A stretch of 64,000 nucleotides of DNA, from positions 14,326 through 78,325 of IMG/VR virus record IMGVR_UViG_3300020183_000046, one strand, 5' to 3'. The notes under the pieces are model-generated. The model was not told the origin of the DNA and did not search any database. It saw only the letters and a list, made by a program, of their open reading frames with translations. This document shows, one piece after another, positions 31,304 to 39,500 of the stretch; the first letter of the stretch is position 1; the number at the start of each line of letters is the position of its first letter. The position numbers and the translations under genes were made by a program. The DNA is from a virus.

Positions 31304-31445
31304 CTAAAACCTTCTCCCTTTCTACTCTTGCGAGTTCACGTTCAATTATAGCACGAACTTGTCTTGCTCGTCCAGTCTCTCTAAATTGCTCTAGTATAAA
31401 AAGTTCTCTTTGTAGGTCTTCGATCGAGGGAAATCTTTCTTCCAT
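31296..31445 (-). CDS. 49-aa hypothetical protein (not in ORF track)
   Basis: MEERFPSIEDLQRELFILEQFRETGRARQVRAIIERELARVEREKVLDE, directly downstream of a sigma70 promoter. Confidence 0.55.
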   Translation of the reverse strand: MEERFPSIEDLQRELFILEQFRETGRARQVRAIIERELARVEREKVLDE

Positions 31446-31471
31446 AACACTACTCTGTGAATGCAATCCAG

Positions 31472-31500
31472 AGTATATATCCTACGCAGAAAAGTGTCAA
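31472..31500 (-). promoter_or_regulatory. sigma70-type promoter TTGACA-N17-TATACT
   Basis: Read directly; 17-bp spacer. Confidence 0.75.
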
Positions 31501-31553
31501 TAATAATCCTACACAAAGGATTGCTACAACACCATATGGAAAATCTTGTGGCA

Positions 31554-31766
31554 TTATGGGTGATCTTCTTCTAATTCTTTAAGTCTTTTTCCCCAGGTTG
31601 TTCCCTTTTCGGAACCCCTCTTAGGATTTATACAACTATCATCTCCAAATTGATTACAAACAAGACCTGCTAGATCATCTTCATTTCCAAGCTTGTTTGT
31701 ACCAGTCCAATAATGTTGGTTGCCAATCCAGGTAGCCCCGCATTTAGGGCATATCTTTGTGTTCAT
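31554..31766 (-). CDS. Cys-containing conserved cyanophage hypothetical protein
   Basis: CPKCGATW..QHYW.GT...DLAGLVCN..GD..CINP. Confidence 0.7.
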   Translation of the reverse strand: MNTKICPKCGATWIGNQHYWTGTNKLGNEDDLAGLVCNQFGDDSCINPKRGSEKGTTWGKRLKELEEDHP

Positions 31767-31974
31767 CTTTATACTCCTTGAGGAACTTTTGGAAGTCGGT
31801 TGTGTCTCTCACTAGTTTCCTCTTGAGTTTCCAACCCATCCATTTCATTTGAACTCTTACGAATGCATAACGCACTTGCAAATCCGCATAAGCAAAAAGC
31901 TTCATGGTCTCTTCCAATCCAGCGTAAGCTACCAAGATTGCAAAGAAGACTATGATGAAATAAAAACCGTACAT
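31744..31974 (-). CDS. Hypothetical membrane-anchored protein
   Basis: Hydrophobic N-terminus followed by YAG.E.T.KLF.Y.DL. Confidence 0.65.
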   Translation of the reverse strand: MYGFYFIIVFFAILVAYAGLEETMKLFAYADLQVRYAFVRVQMKWMGWKLKRKLVRDTTDFQKFLKEYKDEHKDMP

Positions 31975-32070
31975 TTTGGTAACTTTCTGCTACACAGATT
32001 ATACCACTATTTACCAAAATGAAACATTCTTAAAATTAATGTGATATATCAAAAGAAATTATTAATGATT

Positions 32071-32679
32071 TCATCGGCAGTTCCATCTCCTCAGTGCTTT
32101 ATTGATTCTGCTATCTGGATCTCTAGCAGTTTTAGATGAAGTTAGCTTTGTCTTCATTCCTTTCATACGGCGACAGAATGATGCTCTACGCTTAGCTCTT
32201 TTTCCTTTGGGTTTCTTTTCAGTAACTGCGGTCTGTAGTTTAGAACCTGGGTTCTCTTTACGATATGCATTAACTGCTTTCTGACTCAACCCATCCGTTT
32301 TATCCTTACGATTGACTGACTGCCAATCCTCCTTTTGCATCTTCTTAACATTCTTCTGTGCTTCAGGGTGCTCTCTAGAGTATACTTTCTTATCGTTTGT
32401 AGATTTTTCTACCGCACATCCACAGTGCTCTCTAAATTCTTTGAATGTTTTCATTTTCCTTTCTTCTTTAGTTAGGAATACTGAAGAATCTGTAGGATCA
32501 GATTCCCAAAACGTAACAACTCTACTTCCTGGATAAATCCTATCTACAATTCTTTGAGCTTGAGATCTTTGCATTAATGCAGTTTTAGATCTAAAAACAT
32601 TTACAGAAAAAGGTGACCCTCTCCACATCAAGGAGATGGTATAGTATCTACCATAAGAAGTGGGAAGTCTTTCCGCCAT
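32071..32679 (-). CDS. Basic conserved T4-like protein (DUF6321-like C-terminus)
   Basis: MKTFKEF motif; GLSQKAV.AYR.ENPGSKL.TAVT...RRASFC.RM.G...SRINKALRRWNC. Confidence 0.7.
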   Translation of the reverse strand: MAERLPTSYGRYYTISLMWRGSPFSVNVFRSKTALMQRSQAQRIVDRIYPGSRVVTFWESDPTDSSVFLTKEERKMKTFKEFREHCGCAVEKSTNDKKVYSREHPEAQKNVKKMQKEDWQSVNRKDKTDGLSQKAVNAYRKENPGSKLQTAVTEKKPKGKRAKRRASFCRRMKGMKTKLTSSKTARDPDSRINKALRRWNCR

Positions 32680-32978
32680 CAGTTTCTATATGCAATAGAG
32701 GTTGCATACACAATTCCATCAGCGTAGATAAAATGTGCTGGATTCTTTTCAATAACTAAAGTTTCTTGAAGTGCAACTCTGATGGATGCAATTGGAGCTT
32801 GACCTTGAGTGGATACAATATTGATTGTTATACCATCTTGATCTTGAGTTGTTCCACCACCAAGAACCAAACCCGCTGGATAAACGTGAATTAATTTGGC
32901 ATTACTTAAAGTCGTTGCAGTGCCACTACTGGTTGGTAATAACGCCGTAGTGTTCAGTGGCTTAATGATACCTGTCAT
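32679..32978 (-). CDS. Hypothetical protein
   Basis: ORF in operon; IEK.P..I.A...V.AT.IAY ending. Confidence 0.65.
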   Translation of the reverse strand: MTGIIKPLNTTALLPTSSGTATTLSNAKLIHVYPAGLVLGGGTTQDQDGITINIVSTQGQAPIASIRVALQETLVIEKNPAHFIYADGIVYATSIAYRN

Positions 32979-33000
32979 TTTATTTTAAGTGACCTTCTTT

Positions 33001-33420
33001 TTATTTATCTTTTTTCTTCGATGCGTCTTTCAACATCTTTTGTAGATCAGCCGTGCTTCCAACAAAAAGAGCATTAGTTACATTAGTAGGACCTTTTGCT
33101 TTCTCATCCTTAACATCTTTCTTGAGTTTTTGGAGTGCCATTAATTTATCGGCAACATCCCCTACGTGCTTGATTAACTGTCCAGCAACTTCGTATGCTC
33201 TAGGGTGATCAGAAGACATAGCCAAATCAAGAGCGCCGTTGATAGCTTCTTGTCCTTTGTCCACCAGCAGGTATAAATTGGATCTTGCATATTCATAGTC
33301 GCTTTGAACATCATCTCCATCAGGTTTTTCTTTCTTTACCTGAGGTTTTTCTTCTTGTTCAACTGGAACTATCTCGGCAAGAGTCTCAAATGCTTGATCT
33401 AAACCTTCAAAATTATCCAT
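33001..33420 (-). CDS. g16: Terminase small subunit (gp16)
   Basis: DYEY.R.NLY, HPRAYEVAGQLIK, NALFVGST.DLQKMLK. Confidence 0.96.
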   Translation of the reverse strand: MDNFEGLDQAFETLAEIVPVEQEEKPQVKKEKPDGDDVQSDYEYARSNLYLLVDKGQEAINGALDLAMSSDHPRAYEVAGQLIKHVGDVADKLMALQKLKKDVKDEKAKGPTNVTNALFVGSTADLQKMLKDASKKKDK

Positions 33421-34414
33421 AGAAAGAAGTCAATTCATTAAATCCAAAGTCATCTCCAGCTTCAACCAGAGCATCATCTGCCGTAGTAATTACATCGACA
33501 GGTGTTCCAGCAGCATGTGCGTCTGCTATAGTACCGTTCTGAGCTCGAACGACGGCAATCTTATTCGTACCTGGTTTTGATTTAACCTTCATTACTTCAT
33601 TACCAATTTCTACAAATGCTCCAATTGGAATATTTGTAAAGTCCGCAACCTCAATAGTGAGAGTCTTAGTTGTAATTGCACTAACAATAGTTGTTGTGTT
33701 ATCCTTGTCTCTATCAACCAGTGCCTTTGGAGTAACTTGATAGGATACTTGTCTAGTTGCAGCTAAATCAACCTTGGTATGATAATCGACAGTTGCTTTT
33801 TTGATTGGCGACGTTGTTCCAACGGGACCAAAGACGTATGCTTTAGCTGTAAAATTTAAAGTGAAAAGTGTGAGTTTGCGATCATCAAATGATCCTTCAT
33901 AATCATCTGAATATGAGATACTATTCAGAGTGATTGGAACGTCTCTAAACTCTTCCATCTCTTCTACAAGTTTGATGGTAAGGTTATAAGATGGTTGGAA
34001 GAATGGTAAAATCTGCTCGACAATTTCTAACGCATCATCATTTGTCTTTGAGATAATATTTAACTCAAAGTCAATATTGTATGGGACAGGAGTAAATTGC
34101 TTCTTGACTACGTTATTATCTACAGACTTAAATGTAGTTGTGATTGGAGCTAACTTTCTAGATGCATCATAAGAAATACCAGTCATCTCAAATGAAAGAC
34201 GTGGTAAAGTAATAGCAACCTTTTGATTTAAGTCTGCTTGTTCTGTAATTCTTGCGAGAAACTTTTGGCGAGGTCCATATGCAAGAGGAACTTTCATCCT
34301 ACTATAAGTAGTTCCATCTGGATTTTCTTTTCTTACTTCAATAGTATTGAAGACAGTTCCGAATGCAATAACACACTTTCGGATTATCTTATTATAAGTA
34401 TAGGTTCCCAACAT
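33413..34414 (-). CDS. g15: Tail sheath stabilizer / completion protein (gp15)
   Basis: FGT.FN.I, VPLAYGP.QKFLAR, LPRLSFE, EQILPFFQP; extra C-terminal domain. Confidence 0.96.
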   Translation of the reverse strand: MLGTYTYNKIIRKCVIAFGTVFNTIEVRKENPDGTTYSRMKVPLAYGPRQKFLARITEQADLNQKVAITLPRLSFEMTGISYDASRKLAPITTTFKSVDNNVVKKQFTPVPYNIDFELNIISKTNDDALEIVEQILPFFQPSYNLTIKLVEEMEEFRDVPITLNSISYSDDYEGSFDDRKLTLFTLNFTAKAYVFGPVGTTSPIKKATVDYHTKVDLAATRQVSYQVTPKALVDRDKDNTTTIVSAITTKTLTIEVADFTNIPIGAFVEIGNEVMKVKSKPGTNKIAVVRAQNGTIADAHAAGTPVDVITTADDALVEAGDDFGFNELTSFYG

Positions 34415-34415
34415 A

Positions 34416-35744
34416 TCAAGTAGCTACTCCAAATGGATTCGATTCAGTGAAATCTATAATGTCATCACCACTGACTTCATAGAATTCATTTTCATAATAT
34501 TTAGTATCTGTACTATCTATGTTATTATAAGAGTTGAGTGAAATGATCGCTCCAGAATTATCTCCAATAATCGCTTCACCGAGACTAAATGATTTTGTTG
34601 GATTCTTGAGTTTAATCCAACCCTCAGATGAATCCCACTCAACGAGTTGTGCTTGAGAACCAGTTGTTCCACCAGTTACAGTTTCTGGCACAACAAAAGA
34701 TCCAGTGATTCCTGATGGTGGAGCAGAGAATGAGACAGTGGCAGTGGTATATCCTGAACCTGCATTTGTTACATCAATAAGACGAACTGACTTGTAGTTT
34801 GATCCACCATCAAGTAACTTGATAGATGTTAAAACTCCATTCGTAAATACTGGAAGCATAGAAGCAGTTTGTCCACCAGTATCGGGATCTGAGACAACGA
34901 GAATTGTTCTATCCTCGTCATAACTTAAACCACCATCAACGATAGTAACTGCTCTTATTTCTCCATCCTTTACAGTAGCTCTAATTTTTGCTGCTCGAAT
35001 AGGAGTTCCACCAGTCAGAGATACTGTTGCGAGATATGCTTTTGCAGTAGCTCCATTTCCATCTCCAGCAATTGTTACTGTTGGTGCTTCCATATATGAA
35101 GATCCACCATTAGTAATCAGAACTTGCTCAATCGATCCATTATTACGAGTAAGATTAGCAGTTGCAGTTGTTCCAGTATCTTTAAGGTAGTAGTACTTAA
35201 CAGTATATCCAGTATCAATAAGTTCTTCGTCTCCCTCAAAGATATCTCCTTTCTCATCTTGATATTCAAAGAGCTCACACTTGAGTTTAAATATGTAGTT
35301 CTTTCCAATCTGATAGAATGGTTCTTCGTGTTCTACAAATTTGATTTCAAAATAATTATTAGTTAGTGGGAAGTAAACCAGATCACCTTCCTGTGGTCTT
35401 GTTCCTAAAAGAACTTCTGGATCTGCTAGTAAAAACTGTGAGATAAGATCCTCAAATCTTTGCTGGGAAATGACAAGAGTAATCTCATCGGATTGTCTAA
35501 TTCCAAATTTAGTAAGTAAGTCTCCACCACCTTGGAATCCCTCGGCATTTTCTAAGTAAGCTTCGATGATATATGAGTCATCAAATTGAGAAATGATCTC
35601 TTCGTTAAAAACACTATCCTTACTAACAAGTTGTCTTGGAATATAAAGAATATCCATCCCAAACATCTTGAGATATTCCTCCACAAGATTTTGTTGAAGG
35701 AATTGTTCGTTGCGAGTTCCGTGAGTGAAGTATACGTTTCTCAT
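34416..35744 (-). CDS. g14: Neck protein (gp14) with inserted GSGY-type repeats
   Basis: YIPR, GDLLTKFG, RPQEGDL.YFP, FEIKFVEHE.PFYQ, DF.ESNPFG. Confidence 0.95.
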   Translation of the reverse strand: MRNVYFTHGTRNEQFLQQNLVEEYLKMFGMDILYIPRQLVSKDSVFNEEIISQFDDSYIIEAYLENAEGFQGGGDLLTKFGIRQSDEITLVISQQRFEDLISQFLLADPEVLLGTRPQEGDLVYFPLTNNYFEIKFVEHEEPFYQIGKNYIFKLKCELFEYQDEKGDIFEGDEELIDTGYTVKYYYLKDTGTTATANLTRNNGSIEQVLITNGGSSYMEAPTVTIAGDGNGATAKAYLATVSLTGGTPIRAAKIRATVKDGEIRAVTIVDGGLSYDEDRTILVVSDPDTGGQTASMLPVFTNGVLTSIKLLDGGSNYKSVRLIDVTNAGSGYTTATVSFSAPPSGITGSFVVPETVTGGTTGSQAQLVEWDSSEGWIKLKNPTKSFSLGEAIIGDNSGAIISLNSYNNIDSTDTKYYENEFYEVSGDDIIDFTESNPFGVAT

Positions 35745-36550
35745 CCGATCATATCCAGCGGTGGCATTTCGTACATCGTGAGCATTTCTGACTCAAGTTT
35801 TTCTACTGCTTCTTTTCCTTCGTTGTAAATAAATTCACCGTTCATGGTGATTCCACCAGGAAGTTGAGCGCCCTGGAACTTAATCAGGTTTGCTCCCCAC
35901 TGACGACGAATCAAAGCAGTTAGATATCTCTTAACCCAGATATCGTTATATACATTATTGTAATCTGCTGGATCAATAGCTCGATAACATTCGAATACCA
36001 AGTAGTCTCCAGCCGCAAGATCTTCTTGAACGTCGATATCTAAGAAGAGGCGATTTCCTCTCATATTAAATCTTACTTGCTTCTGCCCTTCGAGTAAAAA
36101 ATAGATATCTTCAAGTCTTCTGTTTACCATTTCATAAGTCAGAATCTCAGTTTGAGTAAGATCCCAAAGATCATTAAGTCTCCACTGATATCTAACATCA
36201 AAAAGATTAGTTGTATTTTTTGAAGTAAAATCAAAGATCTTGATCACACTTGTAATGTGAGATGGAAGTGTGATAAAATTATTTTGCTCTTTAAATGATG
36301 TAGATCTTGCACCAACCTGAGTCGTTGTAGTAGTCGTATCAGTTTTCATCAGGTCAATTGTTGCTTGATCAAATTGATACTTCAAATAAGTTTTGATGTA
36401 TCCATCCATGTGACGCTCATTATAAAATTGGATAGCGTCATCTACGAGATCATCGATCTGATCATCATCGACGTTAATTTCTAATACTGGAGCTCCCAAC
36501 TGACGCAGAGCGTAGTCGATAAGATTTTGTCTGGAAGATGGCTTTGACAT
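35741..36550 (-). CDS. g13: Neck protein (gp13)
   Basis: LRQLGAPVLEINVDDDQ, QWG.NL.KF.G.QLPGG.T.NG, PP.D.IG. Confidence 0.97.
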   Translation of the reverse strand: MSKPSSRQNLIDYALRQLGAPVLEINVDDDQIDDLVDDAIQFYNERHMDGYIKTYLKYQFDQATIDLMKTDTTTTTTQVGARSTSFKEQNNFITLPSHITSVIKIFDFTSKNTTNLFDVRYQWRLNDLWDLTQTEILTYEMVNRRLEDIYFLLEGQKQVRFNMRGNRLFLDIDVQEDLAAGDYLVFECYRAIDPADYNNVYNDIWVKRYLTALIRRQWGANLIKFQGAQLPGGITMNGEFIYNEGKEAVEKLESEMLTMYEMPPLDMIG

Positions 36551-36552
36551 GA

Positions 36553-39500
36553 TTAAACTTGATTTACGTTGAACCTAATACGTACATAATAAGTTGTGTT
36601 TGGATCTAAAGATACATCCTGTGGTAGAATGTATTGGGTCTTGTTAGCGGTGTTACCAAGTGATTGGTGAATGATTGTTTGGAATTGGTTTGTTGGTGAA
36701 AACTGCCAATCACTAGATGTGTGTGCATATCCAGCTTTAACTTGTGCTGGGTCTACATTAATTGTTGGATTAAACGCGGGAACAATTGTTTGGATAACTG
36801 GTTGATCTACGAATGGAGTTGTGAAGTTTTGAGCAGAAGTGTAAGAACTTTCAAGACCATTTTGGTCTCTGAATTTTACTTGAACACTATAAACAGTATC
36901 AAATGACAGAATTCCAGGTGGGACTGTAAATGTTGTTAGATTTCCAGTGTCACCTGCTGCAAAAATGCTTGCTGTATCATAGATGATTGTGTTATCTCCA
37001 ACTCTTTTGATTCTCCAGAAAGTTGAATAGTGAGTCGATCCAGTATATTGAGAAACAAATGCTGATGTAGTAATTGTAGGAGTTCTGGAGAATGTTTTCA
37101 GCGTATCTGGATCTGTTGTTACAGTCACAGTAGCTGGAGCACTTACAAACTCAGATTCATTTACAGTCAACGTTGCAACGCTAGAAGTTACAGTAGTTGC
37201 AGCAAGGTTTGTTAGCACACATCTATATTGTACGTTTGGAGTTGTTGGATATACAGTTGGGGCAGTTGTATAACTGGAAGAGTTCGCACCATTAATATTA
37301 CTCCAGTTAGCTCCAGAGTTACTTGAGATTTGCCACTGATATGAAATTACATCACTAGTAATCGTTGCAATTACAGTAAAGGTTGCAGTAAATCCTTCAA
37401 TAACAGCAACGCTTTGTGGTTGTGTTGTTATTGTAATTACTCTGAGAACTGTAAGTAATGCAAATGTTGATGTTTGTGATCCAGCAGAACCAGTGAGAGT
37501 TACAACGCAACGATAACGATCATTATTATCTTGAGTGTATACTAACTGAGGAGTCGTATATGATGAGTTGGTCGCACCAGAAATATTAGAGTAGTTAACA
37601 CCACCATCATCAGATCTTTGCCACTGATAAGATGGAGCTCCACTACTTGCGCTAACAGTTACTGAGAATGTAACAGTACTATTTTCATTTGCTGTTTGAT
37701 TATTTGGATTTGCAGTAATTGTGAAAGTTCTTAGTACAGTTAATGTGACACTATTTGTGTATGCTGGCGCAGCTGCACCAGTAGCATCAATTTTACATCT
37801 GTAGCGATCTCCATTATCACTGGCATATGTAAGAGTTCCTGTTGTATATGATGCTGAAGTAGCTCCAGAGATATCTCCCCAGTTGCTTCCGCCATCATCT
37901 GATTTCTGCCACTGATATGTTACTGGTGGTTCGTGCTGGGACTGCAGAGATACTGAGTATGGATCTATGGAGTTACCACTACCTGCAGAAGGAGTTGTGA
38001 AATCTTCAACGTCAAAGGAGGATGAAGCTGCATTAGCTCCAATCTGACCCATCGTTACATCACCAAGACATGTAAATGTTGCCGTGGCATTTTCATTTGC
38101 AGTTTTATTTGTTGGTTGTTGAATAACTACTGGAGTTACTGTTTCTACTTGTAATGTTGCACTTCCCGAGTTGACTGGAGTAGCTCCAGTACATGAAAGA
38201 ACGCAACGATATCTTTGCTCATCATTTGATGCAGTTAATGTTGGAGTTGTATAAGTTGCTGTTGTTGCACCACTTCCTCCAACTACGTTAGACCACGATG
38301 CTCCACCATTAATTGAGAACTGCCACTGGTAGGTAATATCTCCAGGATCACTGTCGGAGGTTGTAGCTACAACGCTAAACTGTACTGTACCACCAACTGC
38401 TCCAGTTACATTTTGAGGTTGAGTTGTAACTGTAATTGTTCGAGTCAATAGCAGTTGAGCTGCACTTGACGTTACTGGAGATGCTCCAGTTGCTGAGCAA
38501 ATGCATCTATAGTAATGTCCAAAATCAGCATCGTATGTTGTTGCTCCTGTTGTATAAGACGCAGACGTTGCTCCAGATACTGATGTGTATGAGATACCAT
38601 CGTTAGATTTTTCCCACTGATAAGATATTGATGCAGCATCAAGTGTAGATGCGGTTACGAAGAATGTGGCTGCAGCAGGAGCCACTGGAGTTTGGTTAGT
38701 TGGTTGAGTGCCAATAGTAACTACTCTGAATACTGTTAGTGTTGCTGAGTTTGTCGTTGTTGTTGCAACTGCAGTCGCACTGTTAAGAACACAACGATAT
38801 TGATTGCCATTAAAAGCAAAATCATCATCTACGGTAAGAGTTCCAGTTGTTTCTCCACTATGTCCAGCAAGAGAAGAAATATTTGCCCAAGTAGAACCAC
38901 CGTTTGTTGAACGCTGCCACTGAAAAGTAACGGTTGATCCATCATCTGCAGTACCAGCAGCAGTAAATGTTGCGTTAATACCAGCTCCCGCTTCTACTGA
39001 AGTATTTGATGGTTGAGTTGTGACAGTAATTGCTACCCCAGTGCCAGTAATTGTGAAGTTATAATTTCTAGACTGACCAGTTGTAGTTTCAGTAACTGTA
39101 ATATTATATGTAAGATTTTGATATGATGCAGTTACTGTACCAGAAAGAACACCAGTGGTTCCATTAAAGGTAAGACCAGTTCCAGAAATACTAGTGCCAC
39201 TTAAAGTGTAACCTTGAATTGTAATTGGTTCTGAAGCCCAAGTTGTAAGTGAACTAAGTCCAAGATTGAGATTGATTGATGCTCCATTCGCAAAAGGAGT
39301 TCCAGTGAGAGAACCAGATGCTGCCGCCCAAGTTACTATGATATCAACATATGGATAAACGGATCCTCTATTAGTTGTACCTAAGCTTGAGAGATTAAAA
39401 TCTACACCTGGATCTACTGGAATATTTTTAATAGCAGTGCTTGTACCTCCAGTCTCCTGGGCATCGGTTTGGGTATACAGTTGAGTTCCACTAAATTCTG

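Noticed and set aside
31979-31993. Possible NtcA box GTA...TAC
   Set aside because: The spacer is 9 bp, not the canonical 8.
37160-39037. DNA repeats suggestive of CRISPR or DGR template/variable repeats
   Set aside because: They are degenerate in-frame protein repeats; no identical direct repeats, reverse transcriptase or cas genes were seen.
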